A stretch of 64,000 nucleotides of DNA from Nitrospirota bacterium (GTDB lineage Bacteria; Nitrospirota; UBA9217). Below the pieces are notes generated by a model, which did not search any database, was not told the origin of the DNA, and worked only from the letters and a program-made list of their open reading frames with translations. Both the position numbers and the translations under genes were made by a program. Positions 39,171 through 52,023 of the stretch are shown piece by piece (within the stretch, counting starts at the first letter, position 1; every line of letters begins with the position of its first letter). The DNA lies in the NCBI GenBank assembly GCA_029858565.1, contig JAOUEV010000001.1:32001-96000 (forward strand), read 5' to 3'.

Positions 39171-40232
39171 ATGGTCGAGAGCACGAGAGCGTACATCGCA
39201 TCCGTCGCCACTGCAGTGCCGGAATACTCGGCTGACCAGCAGTTTGCCGAGGAATTCATGAAAAAACACTATGGCCCCCGTCTGAACCGGCGGAGCATGG
39301 GTCTGATCAGCACGGTCTTTTCCCATCCCAGCATCCGAAAGCGCCACTTTGCTTTTGATGATCCGGCAAGACTAGTGCAGGAAACGCCTGACGAGCGTGT
39401 TGCCCGGTTCACGGAACGGTCGATCGAACTTGCCGTCAGTGCCATCAGGAATGCGCTGGACAAAGCCCGAGTCACCGTGCATGATGTCCGCGGACTGGTC
39501 GTGAACACCTGTACCGGCTACATATGTCCGGGAATAGCGACCTATCTGGTCGAGCGATTGGGGCTGGCACGGGACATCCGGCTTTACGACCTTGTGGGGA
39601 GCGGATGCGGCGGTGCTATCCCCAATCTCCAGGTGGCGGAGTCGCTGCTCCCTAGGGCTCCTGAAGGCGTGGTTGTGAGCGTTTCCGTGGAGATCTGCAG
39701 CGCGACCTTTGAGATGGACAATGACCTGAGCCTTATCCTGTCGAACGCGCTCTTCGGCGACGGAGCTGCCGCTGCCGTGCTCTGGACCAGGCCCGAGGGA
39801 CTGGAGATCGCCGGCACCGGGGCATGGTACGCTCCCGAGCATCGCGAGGCCATCCGGTTCGTGCACAAGGAAGGGAGGCTCCGCAATCAGCTATCACTCC
39901 GGCTCCCTGAACTCGTGGCGGCGGCGGCATCGGCGGTCAGCCGAGACGTCCTGGGCCATGCATCAGTCGAGGCGGCCGCGGTGTCCCACTGGGCCCTCCA
40001 CACAGGAGGTGAAAAGATCCTCAACGCTGTGCGCGACGAGCTCAAGATACCCGAGGACAGGCTTTGGGCGAGCCGCAAGGTCCTGGGCGAATATGGGAAT
40101 ATGTCGTCGCCAACGGTCTGGTTCGTGCTGGAGGAGATACTAAAGCGCGGCATGGGAGCAGGCGAGACCTGTCTCATGCTTGCCTACGGCGCGGGCATGT
40201 CGGCACACGGTGCCCTGCTCAGGAAAAAATGA
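39171..40232 (+). CDS. Type III polyketide synthase (chalcone-synthase-like)
   Basis: Catalytic triad GSGC, HTGG and GNMSS; LFGDGAAA; YGAG. Confidence 0.93.
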   Translation: MVESTRAYIASVATAVPEYSADQQFAEEFMKKHYGPRLNRRSMGLISTVFSHPSIRKRHFAFDDPARLVQETPDERVARFTERSIELAVSAIRNALDKARVTVHDVRGLVVNTCTGYICPGIATYLVERLGLARDIRLYDLVGSGCGGAIPNLQVAESLLPRAPEGVVVSVSVEICSATFEMDNDLSLILSNALFGDGAAAAVLWTRPEGLEIAGTGAWYAPEHREAIRFVHKEGRLRNQLSLRLPELVAAAASAVSRDVLGHASVEAAAVSHWALHTGGEKILNAVRDELKIPEDRLWASRKVLGEYGNMSSPTVWFVLEEILKRGMGAGETCLMLAYGAGMSAHGALLRKK

Positions 40233-40396
40233 GTGGTCAACACTCTGATAGTCACAGAAAAGACCGCAAAGTATGTATTTGAGATCGCCAGGCGCTTCCT
40301 GTTCTTGAAGAGCCGCATGGACCGTGGCACCTGCACCAGGCATGGAAAGGGCTTCTGATCCGGCGCGCACAGCTGACCGGCCACGCGATTCCCTTT

Positions 40397-40687
40397 GTGA
40401 CGGTAAAACAACATCGCAGGCTCGGGCCGATCGCAGCCTTCCTGGCGATAGCGGGTTATCTTGCCGGTATCTCCCTGGTCCTTTTTGATAAGGGATCTGT
40501 TTATGAATACCCCCTGCACCTCGCTGTCGGGAGCGCGATGCTGGCTTCCCTCGTGACCACGGTGGTCCTCTCTCGAATGATCAAAGGGACCTTGCAATCG
40601 ATCCGGACCTGGCACTTCCGGTTCGGCATTGTCACCCTTGGTCTCTTGATCATCGAGGCGATCCTCGGTCTCGATATCCTGCTCTGA
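40397..40687 (+). CDS. Small membrane protein, DUF4079-like, possibly 5'-truncated
   Basis: Three TM segments with His residues (QH, PLH, WH); the frame extends upstream without a good start. Confidence 0.45.
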   Translation: MTVKQHRRLGPIAAFLAIAGYLAGISLVLFDKGSVYEYPLHLAVGSAMLASLVTTVVLSRMIKGTLQSIRTWHFRFGIVTLGLLIIEAILGLDILL

Positions 40688-40742
40688 ATCCCTTCAAGTC
40701 AGAATAACTATCTATAAATCCTTCAAATAACCCCATATTTCC

Positions 40743-40770
40743 TTGACAACATAGGCTGTTTTTGTATAAT
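40743..40770 (+). promoter_or_regulatory. Consensus sigma70 promoter for glyQS
   Basis: TTGACA-16 bp-TATAAT. Confidence 0.75.
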
Positions 40771-40820
40771 AACTAGCTGCTTTTTCTGTTTCCAAATATC
40801 ATTTCACCGAGGGCAATCAT

Positions 40821-41690
40821 TTGACATTTCAGGAGCTTATACTGACGCTCCAGGACTACTGGGCTTCCAAGGGCTGCGTGATCCATCAGCCCTATGACCT
40901 GGAGGTCGGCGCGGGAACGTTCCATCCCGCAACGTTCCTGCGCGTGCTCGGGCCCGAGCCCTGGAGCACCGCCTATGTCCAGCCCTCCCGCAGGCCGACC
41001 GACGGCCGCTACGGCGAGAACCCCAACCGTTTGCAGCACTACTACCAGTTCCAGGTCATCCTGAAGCCCCATCCGCAGAACGTCCAGGAACTCTACCTCG
41101 AAAGCCTCCAGAAGCTTGGCATCAACCCCCTGAAGCACGATATCCGGTTCGTTGAGGACGATTGGGAGTCTCCGACTCTCGGCGCCTGGGGCCTGGGTTG
41201 GGAGGTCTGGCTGAACGGCATGGAAGTGACCCAGTTCACCTATTTTCAGCAGGTGGGCGGCATTGATCTCAAGCCGGTCTCGGCAGAGCTTACCTACGGT
41301 ATCGAGCGGCTTGCCATGTATCTTCAGGGCGTCAACAATGTGTACGATCTCGCCTGGACCAAGGACGTGAAGTACGGCGACGTGCATCATGAGACCGAGG
41401 TGCAGTTCTCGAAATACAACTTCGAACTGTCTGACCGGGAGATGCTCTTCCGGCAGTTCGAGTCCTATGAAAAAGAATGCGAGAAACTGATCAAGGCGGG
41501 AGTGGTCTATCCTGCCTATGATTACTGCCTCAAGTGTTCGCACACCTTTAACCTTCTGGACGCGGCCGGCGCCATCAGCGTGACCGAGCGCACGGGCTAC
41601 ATCGGACGGGTGCGGAAACTCGCGCGGCTCTGCGCCCATGCCTATCTGGCGGACCGGGAAGCGAAGGGGTTTCCGATGCTGAAGCGCTAG
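40821..41690 (+). CDS. glyQ: Glycine-tRNA ligase alpha subunit
   Basis: [32 protein letters not shown] and ELTYGIERL. Confidence 0.98.
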   Translation: MTFQELILTLQDYWASKGCVIHQPYDLEVGAGTFHPATFLRVLGPEPWSTAYVQPSRRPTDGRYGENPNRLQHYYQFQVILKPHPQNVQELYLESLQKLGINPLKHDIRFVEDDWESPTLGAWGLGWEVWLNGMEVTQFTYFQQVGGIDLKPVSAELTYGIERLAMYLQGVNNVYDLAWTKDVKYGDVHHETEVQFSKYNFELSDREMLFRQFESYEKECEKLIKAGVVYPAYDYCLKCSHTFNLLDAAGAISVTERTGYIGRVRKLARLCAHAYLADREAKGFPMLKR

Positions 41691-41702
41691 GCGCTTCAGC
41701 AT

Positions 41703-41935
41703 GAATGCGGAGTGCGGAATTCGGAATGCGGAGTTAACGACAAAAGCTTGTTTCGCGCGGAGACGCCGAGCTCGCAGAGGAAGGCAAAGGACCAAGTAAA
41801 AGGGAAGTTTTTTTGAAGTAGTTTTTCTCTGCGTACTCTGCGCCCCTGCGCGAAAAATGGTTTTTGAATTTGTTTTGTTGGTTCATCCGTGGTTAAGAAG
41901 CAGTTGACTTCATCTGCGTTAATCTGTGGTTGATA
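41703..41935. repeat. Intergenic repeat cluster: heptamer tandem repeats and REP-like imperfect palindromes
   Basis: GAATGCG/GAGTGCG/GAATTCG/GAATGCG (41703-41730); CGCGCGGAGACGCCGAG..CGCAGAG pairing with CTCTGCG..CTCTGCGCCCCTGCGCG. Confidence 0.7.
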
Positions 41936-41960
41936 AGCAGTCGCTTTTATCGAGGTTATT

Positions 41961-44039
41961 TTGGCGAAAGAGTTCTTCTTAGAGATCGGCACCGAAGAGA
42001 TCCCGTCGCGGTTCATCCAGCCTGCGCTGGAGAAGATGAAGGAGCTGTTCGTTCAGCTCCTGGCCAACGGCCGGATTGCGTCGGAAGGCGACGTCCGGGT
42101 CTTCGGCACGCCGCGCAGGCTGATCCTTACTGCCTCGGCGCTCGACGAGTCGCAGGCCGATGAATGCCGCGAGGTGGTCGGTCCGCCAAAGAAGATCGCC
42201 TATGATGCTGAGGGGAAGCCGACAAAGGCCGCGACGGTGTTCGCTGAAAAGAACAAGATCGCGATCGAGGCGCTTACCTTCAAGACCACGGACAAGGGCG
42301 AGTACGTTGTGGCGCGGATCGATGAAAAAGGCGGGGACACGCTTCTTTGGCTCGCTCAATCCATGCCCGGGTATATCCTTTCGATCCCCTTCCCCAAGTC
42401 CATGCGCTGGATGGACAAGGACATACGCTTCGCCCGGCCGATCCACTGGGTCGCCTGCATTTATGGCGGCGAGACCGTTGCCTTTGATCTGGGCGGCATC
42501 AAGAGCAGCAACCTTTCACGGGGCCATCGGTTCATGAGCCCCGGCGCGTTCCTGGTGAAGGATTTCAAGTCCTACCAGTCCCAGGCAGAACCGAACTATA
42601 TTGTCATCGATCCCGAGGTGCGGAAGCAGCGCATTGTGAAGCAGACCGCGGACCTGGCCACAGAGAAGGGCGGCAAGGTGCTCGAGGACGCCGGCCTGGT
42701 GGACGAGGTCGCGAACCTGGTGGAATATCCGGTCCCGGTCATGGGGACCTTCAGCAAGGACTTCCTGCGCGTTCCCAAGGAAGTGCTGATCACGGCCATG
42801 CGCGAGCATCAGCGTTACTTCAGCGTGGTGGACAACCGGGGCGAGCTGCTTCCCTGCTTCATCACGATCAGCAACACCCGGGCCGAGGACATGGAAGTGG
42901 TCCGGGCCGGGAACGAACGGGTGCTGACGGCCCGTCTTTCCGACGCGGCCTACTTCTTTGACCATGACATCCAGGTGAAGCTCGCTGACCGCGTCGAGGG
43001 GCTCAAAAAAGTCACCTACCAGGAAAAGCTCGGGTCGGTCCATGACAAGATCGATCGGGTGAAGAAGCTTTCAATCTACGTTGCCGGGTTGTTCGGCGCT
43101 GACGCGAATGCTGCCGAACGGGCAGCCCATCTTTCCAAGGCCGACCTGACCACGGGCGTGGTGGGAGAATTCCCCAAGCTCCAGGGCGTGATGGGCAGGC
43201 ACTACGCGCTGCTGACCGGTGAAAGTCCGCTGGTCGCGGACGCAATTGCTGAACACTACATGCCGAGGTTCGCCGGCGACAGCCTCCCGAAAACAGCCGA
43301 AGGCATGTGCGTGGGCATAGCGGACCGCATCGATACGATCACGGGCTGCTTTTCCGCGGGCCTGATCCCGAGCGGTTCCGAGGACCCCTACGGCCTCAGG
43401 CGGCAGTCCATCGCGATCCTGGCCATGCTGTTCCACAAGGGCAGGGGAATGTCCCTTTCCGGCCTGGTGAACGAGGCTTGCAGCGCCTATGGCCTCAAGT
43501 CAGGCGAAGCAAAAAAGATTTCCGCTGATGTGCTTGACTTCCTGCGCCAGCGGCTTGCGGGCATCCTGACGGGCGAGGGATTCCGTGCTGATGTGGTGGA
43601 TGCGGCGCTCCTGGTAAACTTCGACGATCCCCTTATTGCCAAGGAAAAAGTGAAGGCCATCGATGCCTGGCGGGCTTCCGAGGACTACCAGCCCCTGGTC
43701 ACGGCGCTCAAAAGGGCGGGCAACATCGTACCCAGGGAGTTCGGCGGCAAGGTAAAGGAATCTCTGCTCACGGAAGACGCGGAAAAGGCGCTCTTTAGCG
43801 CATTCCAGGAGATCCGGGACCGGGTAAAGGACAAGACCGAGAAGCTGGATTTCCGGGGAGCTCTGGCGGATATTGCGTCGCTGCGCAAGCAGGTGGACGG
43901 TTTTTTTGATAAAGTAATGGTGATGGACAAGGACGAAGCGGTTAAGAACAACCGGCTGGCGCTGCTCGCGGCCATCACCGGCCTGTTCTACGGCATCGCG
44001 GATTTCAGCCGGCTTGAACTGAGCACGGATAAGAAGTAA
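41961..44039 (+). CDS. glyS: Glycine-tRNA ligase beta subunit
   Basis: EIGTEEIP, TPRR, FARPIHW, GNERV.ARL.DA, EFPKLQG and DPYGLRR. Confidence 0.98.
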   Translation: MAKEFFLEIGTEEIPSRFIQPALEKMKELFVQLLANGRIASEGDVRVFGTPRRLILTASALDESQADECREVVGPPKKIAYDAEGKPTKAATVFAEKNKIAIEALTFKTTDKGEYVVARIDEKGGDTLLWLAQSMPGYILSIPFPKSMRWMDKDIRFARPIHWVACIYGGETVAFDLGGIKSSNLSRGHRFMSPGAFLVKDFKSYQSQAEPNYIVIDPEVRKQRIVKQTADLATEKGGKVLEDAGLVDEVANLVEYPVPVMGTFSKDFLRVPKEVLITAMREHQRYFSVVDNRGELLPCFITISNTRAEDMEVVRAGNERVLTARLSDAAYFFDHDIQVKLADRVEGLKKVTYQEKLGSVHDKIDRVKKLSIYVAGLFGADANAAERAAHLSKADLTTGVVGEFPKLQGVMGRHYALLTGESPLVADAIAEHYMPRFAGDSLPKTAEGMCVGIADRIDTITGCFSAGLIPSGSEDPYGLRRQSIAILAMLFHKGRGMSLSGLVNEACSAYGLKSGEAKKISADVLDFLRQRLAGILTGEGFRADVVDAALLVNFDDPLIAKEKVKAIDAWRASEDYQPLVTALKRAGNIVPREFGGKVKESLLTEDAEKALFSAFQEIRDRVKDKTEKLDFRGALADIASLRKQVDGFFDKVMVMDKDEAVKNNRLALLAAITGLFYGIADFSRLELSTDKK

Positions 44040-44055
44040 GAACCGAAGGACGGTT

Positions 44056-44135
44056 TCACCACAGAGGCGCAGAGTGCACAGAGAAATCAAAGGCAATGGC
44101 TTGTGTCGTTCTCTGTGTCTCCGTGTCTCTGTGGT
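44056..44135. repeat. REP-like inverted repeat
   Basis: ACCACAGAGGCGCAGAG..CACAGAG...CTCTGTGTCTCCGTGTCTCTGTGGT; related half at about 39005. Confidence 0.7.
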
Positions 44136-44182
44136 AGATCAGATTTTCGCATTTCAGATTCCTATTTAGGGAGGAAAGCATC

Positions 44183-46867
<2,685 letters not shown>

Positions 46868-46887
46868 ATTTTATCGAGAACTGATCG

Positions 46888-46918
46888 AAGGGCGGCCGAA
46901 AGGCCGCCCTTTGTGTTT
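46888..46918 (+). terminator. Intrinsic terminator of ppdK
   Basis: AAGGGCGGCC-gaaa-GGCCGCCCTT followed by TGTGTTT. Confidence 0.85.
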
Positions 46919-47068
46919 GCGCGAAGCGAAAAAAGAACGTTTGTAACGGAAGGATCGGATAGAGGCAGATCTTGCTTTGCAGCGAATCCTGTCGTAATGG
47001 TCTATCCGCCGTTATCAGGCATTTATCCGCATCTTCCGTGTCGAGGATCCTGTCAGTAGGTTCGACCG

Positions 47069-47482
47069 ATGGACTCTTCAAAACTCAACCTCTCGAACAT
47101 CCGCTTCGATGCCGTCATCGTCGGCGCTATCGTCGATAACATCACCACCATGTCTTTGATGCTGCTCCTGATGTCTGCCATGTCCGCAACGGGCATCCCC
47201 CAGGACGAGGTCATCAGCCGGATGAAAACCCTGAGCGGCCTGCTCCTCAGCCTGATGCTGGGACTGGGATGCACGGCGTTCGGAGGGTACGTCGCTGCGC
47301 GGATGGCGAAGAAGTCCGAAATCCTCCATGGCGCTTGGGTCGGGGGCTTCGGTATCGTCCTTGCCCTGGTCTTCCGGGAAGAAGGGCTCCCCCTCTGGTA
47401 TCACGTTGCCGGATTTATCTGCATGCTGCCTGCGGGAATGGCCGGCGGGCATCTGGCGCGCCATGGTCAGGTGAAGAGTTAA
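47069..47482 (+). CDS. Small 4-TM membrane protein (paralog of 56059-56469)
   Basis: Four hydrophobic segments; GGYVAAR...E.LHG motif. Confidence 0.8.
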   Translation: MDSSKLNLSNIRFDAVIVGAIVDNITTMSLMLLLMSAMSATGIPQDEVISRMKTLSGLLLSLMLGLGCTAFGGYVAARMAKKSEILHGAWVGGFGIVLALVFREEGLPLWYHVAGFICMLPAGMAGGHLARHGQVKS

Positions 47483-47508
47483 GGAATGTCAATGCAGGGA
47501 GGTGTACG

Positions 47509-49278
47509 GTGAAGCGAGAGAACGCATTGAGTATTGCCATGGTTCTGTTCGGCGTGATTACGGGAATTGCCGTGGTGGTCCTGCTGATGGCGATAGCGGC
47601 ACCGTCAACCAGCCAGTACCTGCTTACGCATGCGGAAAAGGCGGACTACGACAGGATCGACGGCTATTCCCGGATCCTGTCCGGCGCCGGTTCCTGGATC
47701 GCCTATGGTCTTTTTTTTGCTGCTTTGGGCCTGGCGGTCTCTTTTTTCCTGACACTGCTCAATCCGTCTTTCAACATAAAAAAGGCTTCATCGGACCGAA
47801 AAATGGCTGCAGGGACAAGAGCCCTTGTGTTTCTTGCAGCCGCTGCCGGCTGGATCTACGGGACAGCATTCCTTCTTGATCTGCTTTTCCCAGGAGGGCC
47901 ATCCCGGGCGATCCAGTTCCTTTTCTACGTTGTCCTGTTCGCCGGTGTCTGGTTCATTATCGGCCGACAGGGGTGGGCAGGGGACCTCTCGTCCTGGAAA
48001 GTTCAGAAGAATGCCCGGCTCATGAGAACCGCTTTGCTCGGAGCCGCTGTTGGCGCCGTTGTATTCCTGATCTATTGGCTCTTTGACTGGTCGTTCAGGC
48101 AGTACTTCACCCTTGTATCCGAGGTGCTTGACCAATCAGGGGAGACCTCGTTTCTGGGATTTGTCCAGCTTGCGTTCGGAGCGGTCATCTGCCTTGGAGT
48201 CGCTTTTCCCCTTGCCGCCGGCTTTGTGGCAGCTCTTGCACCGGTGGAGCAGGAGAACCGGGAAATCCTGCGCAGACTCATGATCCCTGGAGCGGCATTC
48301 CTGGTTATCGCAGTCCTGCTGGCAGCGGCATATTGGTATGCCGGTGCTGTCTATGACCTGAATAAGAAGGATCTCGCAACAGCTGTCGGCATTCCCGCCA
48401 GGGCGAAGGAGAGCCGTACGATCGTCGCTCTTGTCGCCTCTAAGGGTCTTCCGGTGACGGTCCAGGAATGGCCGCTTGAGGCTTCTTCATCGGGATTCAT
48501 GTCCCAGAATACCATCGAATTGTCAGTGGAGAATCTTCAAAAGGTGGAGAGCTACCTGGCAGCCCATCCCCAGGGGACAGTGTTCACCTATCCCGGCCGG
48601 GAGATCCTTGTGAAGGGGTATTACGGCCTCTGGGACAGGGAGAACGGTCTGGCCTGGCAGGTCAGGGCAGCGGAGTCCCAGCTTCTCCAGCGACAACTGC
48701 TGCTCACCCGGTTCCGCTCCATGGCTGTGACGCAGGAGAACCTGAAACTGCTCGAGTCGTACAGCGACGAGAAGGTTTGGCGCGTGGGAGGCAAGTCAGC
48801 GCTCTACCTTTCCCAGGGGTATCAGCACTTCGGAAAAGCAGCGGAAGCGGCAAAATGGCTTGAAAAAGCGATCGCGCTCGGCACGGATATTTCGAAAGCC
48901 GATTTTGTGAAGGACCCGATCATTACTTATGGCTCTTTACAGGGAAGGATACTTCTGAATGGAAAGCCTTTGTCAGGAGTAAAGGTCGGGCTGCTGAGCC
49001 ATCGCGCTGATATGATGGGAAAGGAAAGTTTCAAATTAACGGATTTCAGCTTCCCCAGAATGCTCGTTGATGTGAGGCAGGCAGGGAAGGACGGCAGATT
49101 CGCGTTCTCCTCGCTCGGCACGGGCAGATATCTGATCGCGGTCATGACGGATAAAGAGACCATGCCTTATGATCTGAAGCCGGGCACCATCACGGCGAGT
49201 AACGTGCCCGGGATAATTTCGCTCGGCGCTGTTGCCTCGCGCGACCTGGGGACCATCGCGATCGTGAAAAAGCAGTAG
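47509..49278 (+). CDS. Multi-TM membrane protein with C-terminal carboxypeptidase-regulatory-like beta domain
   Basis: About 7 TM helices, then GSLQGRILLNGKP...GRFAFSSL.TGRY; GGGAGG RBS and GTG start. Confidence 0.7.
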   Translation: MKRENALSIAMVLFGVITGIAVVVLLMAIAAPSTSQYLLTHAEKADYDRIDGYSRILSGAGSWIAYGLFFAALGLAVSFFLTLLNPSFNIKKASSDRKMAAGTRALVFLAAAAGWIYGTAFLLDLLFPGGPSRAIQFLFYVVLFAGVWFIIGRQGWAGDLSSWKVQKNARLMRTALLGAAVGAVVFLIYWLFDWSFRQYFTLVSEVLDQSGETSFLGFVQLAFGAVICLGVAFPLAAGFVAALAPVEQENREILRRLMIPGAAFLVIAVLLAAAYWYAGAVYDLNKKDLATAVGIPARAKESRTIVALVASKGLPVTVQEWPLEASSSGFMSQNTIELSVENLQKVESYLAAHPQGTVFTYPGREILVKGYYGLWDRENGLAWQVRAAESQLLQRQLLLTRFRSMAVTQENLKLLESYSDEKVWRVGGKSALYLSQGYQHFGKAAEAAKWLEKAIALGTDISKADFVKDPIITYGSLQGRILLNGKPLSGVKVGLLSHRADMMGKESFKLTDFSFPRMLVDVRQAGKDGRFAFSSLGTGRYLIAVMTDKETMPYDLKPGTITASNVPGIISLGAVASRDLGTIAIVKKQ

Positions 49279-49331
49279 GGGCAACCCCGCGTGGTTGCCC
49301 ATTCCGGGCGTCCACATAGGGCCGCTCCTAC
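49275..49331. repeat. GTAG-type REP element (RAYT-associated class)
   Basis: GTAGGGGCAACC-ccgcgt-GGTTGCCC...GGGCG..CAC...GCTCCTAC. Confidence 0.65.
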
Positions 49332-49385
49332 GCAAGCATGTCAAAGTCTGCCTGCATCTTGCGCGCAGTTAATCAGGAGTGCGCG

Positions 49386-49844
49386 ATGATAACGATCACC
49401 TGGATTGCTGTATTCGGGGGTGTTTTTCTCTGGTCCGCTGTTCACCCCAAGGACTATTTCACCTGGTTCATGGAAGTGGCGCCGGCGATCACGGCATTCG
49501 TGATCCTGTTCTTTACCAGGAAACGCTTTCCCCTCGCCAATCTCGCATATGCCCTGATCCTTGTTCACAGCATGATCCTACGGAAGGAAGAGGTACAGCG
49601 CGGGCCATGGCTCTTCTTTATCGTTGTCTCGATATGCCTTGCCTTGAGCGCGTGCTACGAGTTCATCGAATGGTGGACCGCGGCGCTGACCAACGAGGCG
49701 GCCGAGGCGTTCCTCGGCACCCAGGGGTATCAGTGGGATACCCAGTCGGATATGCTGTTCGCGTTCATCGGCGCGATAGCGGCTATGACATTTCTGAGCA
49801 GGTTCCATGACCGGCAACTGGCTTCAGTCGACAAGCCTGTCTAG
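49386..49844 (+). pseudogene. DUF2238/YjdF membrane protein with an apparent in-frame internal deletion
   Basis: TWFMEVAP and YEFIEWW...FLGTQGYQWDTQSDM are present, but the usual GGHYTYAEVP...RNHYDR.GH block is absent (HSMIL|RKEEV). Confidence 0.65.
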
Positions 49845-49922
49845 TATTGCTGCGCCGATTTTTCCTCTTTACTTCACGGCGAACGATGTTATAATCAGGT
49901 TATAACAAGCGGGGAGGCGGCC

Positions 49923-50171
49923 ATGCATCGGAAAGTCGTATCCATCGGGAACAGTACAGGCGTTTCCATCCCGGTCAACATTCTTGAGAAACTTGAGTTG
50001 TCAGCTGGATCAGAGGTCGATATCGAACTCGATGAGGAACGCGGCCGGATCGTGATCGAGCCGGTCAGAAAAAAGCAGAAGGTCAAAGGCATCGACAAGG
50101 AGTTCGTCGGCCAGGTCAACGAGTTTATTGCCAAGTATCGCCCTGCCTTGAAGGAACTCGCGAAAAAGTGA
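49923..50171 (+). CDS. AbrB/MazE-family antitoxin
   Basis: RKVVSIGNSTGVSIP; C-terminal YRPALKELAK typical of Doc partners; GTTATAA repeats upstream. Confidence 0.9.
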   Translation: MHRKVVSIGNSTGVSIPVNILEKLELSAGSEVDIELDEERGRIVIEPVRKKQKVKGIDKEFVGQVNEFIAKYRPALKELAKK

Positions 50172-50554
50172 AGTATCTCTCCCCGGAGCAGGTCCTTTTC
50201 ATTCATTCACGGCTTATCGACGAAACCGGCGGCAGCCACGGCCTGAGGGACGCGGGCCTGCTCGCGTCCGCGGTCGCGCGTCCGCAAGCGACATTTGAAG
50301 GGAAAGATCTCTATCCTGATATATTTCGGAAGGCTGCTGCGCTCATGGAATCGCTGATCAAGAGCCATCCCTTTGTTGACGGGAACAAACGAACGGCGGT
50401 CACTTCGGCGGGCATTTTCCTACAAATGAACGGGTTTTCACTGGAAGTTCCTCAAAAAGAGCTTGTACGATTTGCGGTCGCTTATGCTGCTAAGAACCTG
50501 TCGTTCGATGAAGCTGTTGTATGGTTTATGAACCAGACGCGTCGGGACAAATAG
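50168..50554 (+). CDS. doc: Doc/Fic family toxin
   Basis: HPFVDGNKRTA Fic motif; GLRD.GLL.SA..RP; overlaps the antitoxin stop. Confidence 0.92.
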   Translation: MKYLSPEQVLFIHSRLIDETGGSHGLRDAGLLASAVARPQATFEGKDLYPDIFRKAAALMESLIKSHPFVDGNKRTAVTSAGIFLQMNGFSLEVPQKELVRFAVAYAAKNLSFDEAVVWFMNQTRRDK

Positions 50555-50598
50555 CGGGTCCGCGGTCCGCGAATGACCGGTGTGAAAGGAACGAGTGC

Positions 50599-51687
50599 AT
50601 GACTGAAAGTGATAGCAAACCCAAGGCGATCAGGGAAATACGCATCAATCCGGTCGTTCCCGCGGAGTCGGTGCTCGTTGCAACTGCGCGGAGTCTCAGG
50701 CCCAAGAAAGAGGAGCCGCCCGCACCCCATGACGCGCGTCCGCACGTGGAGACCTGTCCCTTCTGCAGGGGGAACGAGTCAAAGACGCCGCCGCCGATCG
50801 CCGAGGTTCCCGGGCCGGGGGACTGGAGCATCCGGATCGTGGAGAACCTCTACCCGGTGCTGGATGATGACCAAAGGAATCCCAACCTTGCCATCGGCCT
50901 GCAGCAGACAATCGACGGCTACGGCAGGCACGAAGTGGTGATCGACCATTCCTTTCACGGTATCCGCATCCACGAGATGAGCGAAGAGCATCTCAGCCTG
51001 CTGTTCTCGACCTACCGTTCCCGCGTCCGGGAGCTGTTCAAAACGAATCCCTCGGTCCGGTCGGTGCTTGTGTTCAAGAACTTCGGCCCTGCGGCGGGCG
51101 CGAGCATTGCCCACAGCCACAGCCAGATCGTTGCCATGCCTGTGGTCCCCGCGAATATCGACGCCGAGGTACAGCAGAGCGCAGCCTACCACCAGAAGAC
51201 CGGCTCCTGCATCTTCTGCGGCCTGATCAACGAGGCGCTCACCTTTGAGGCGGCGATCTACGACCGGGAATCGGGAATTGTGCGGCGCAAGTTCGATGTA
51301 GGACAGTACGTGATAGAGCGGGGGAAGAAGTTCATCGCTATCAAGCCCTTTGCGAGCCGGTTTGAGTGGGAGGTGCAGGTCCTGCCGCTCTGCCACGAGG
51401 CGGACTTCGCGAACCTGGCTGACGAAGATCTGGCGGACCTTGCGCGGGTGTTCCAACGCGCCATGGCGCGGCTCAATAGCGTGCTCGGCGGCGTACAGTA
51501 CAACTTCTTCATCCATTCGCTGCCCCGCGGCCCGGTCTATGATGGGAACCGCGAGTCCTATCACTGGCATATCGAGATCTGCCCGCGCACGAGCGTGCCA
51601 ACTGGCTTCGAACTGGGCTCCGGATTGTTCGTGAACACCATCAGCCCCGAGGACGCGGCTGCCAGGCTCAGGGCAGTGGAGCTTTAG
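50599..51687 (+). CDS. galT: Galactose-1-phosphate uridylyltransferase family protein
   Basis: CPFC.GNE, N.YP, HEVV, KNFG..AGASIAHSHSQ, CIFC, HWH and GFELG. Confidence 0.85.
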   Translation: MTESDSKPKAIREIRINPVVPAESVLVATARSLRPKKEEPPAPHDARPHVETCPFCRGNESKTPPPIAEVPGPGDWSIRIVENLYPVLDDDQRNPNLAIGLQQTIDGYGRHEVVIDHSFHGIRIHEMSEEHLSLLFSTYRSRVRELFKTNPSVRSVLVFKNFGPAAGASIAHSHSQIVAMPVVPANIDAEVQQSAAYHQKTGSCIFCGLINEALTFEAAIYDRESGIVRRKFDVGQYVIERGKKFIAIKPFASRFEWEVQVLPLCHEADFANLADEDLADLARVFQRAMARLNSVLGGVQYNFFIHSLPRGPVYDGNRESYHWHIEICPRTSVPTGFELGSGLFVNTISPEDAAARLRAVEL

Positions 51688-51689
51688 CT

Positions 51690-51719
51690 GTCATTGCGAG
51701 CCATTGGCGAAGCAATCTC
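51690..51719 (+). repeat. REP-like left half (GTCATTGCGAG...CGAAGCAATCTC)
   Basis: The last 12 bp are the exact reverse complement of 56012-56023. Confidence 0.65.
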
Positions 51720-52023
51720 GTAGTTGCCTTATTATCCTTCTCCCCCTGACTCCTGTTGTCTCACCCCTACCCGAAAGGGTAGTCACGACAAAACTCACCA
51801 GAAAGAACAGGCAAAGCCAGTTATTGCTTGCAATTTGCAGTTATCTGTAATAGATTCGTTTTGGACGGATGCAGTAAGTCCCATGGAGTCCCGGAAAAGC
51901 ATCTCACGTATCAACGTCCCGCAAGTTTGCGGGGGGAATTTTATAGTGACGGTGTTTTTTAGCGTCTGCGCTTCTTTCTTATCTGGGATGACATGAAAGT
52001 AGACCTGGCCCCATGGGGTCCGC

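Noticed and set aside
41703-41735. Heptamer repeats considered as a CRISPR array
   Set aside because: No spacers, unit too short and no cas genes
51760-51935. Hairpins (CTACCC-gaaa-GGGTAG; CCCGCAAGTTTGCGGG) considered as a riboswitch or ncRNA
   Set aside because: No c-di-GMP-I or other aptamer consensus recognised; could be a terminator or element end and would need an Infernal/Rfam search
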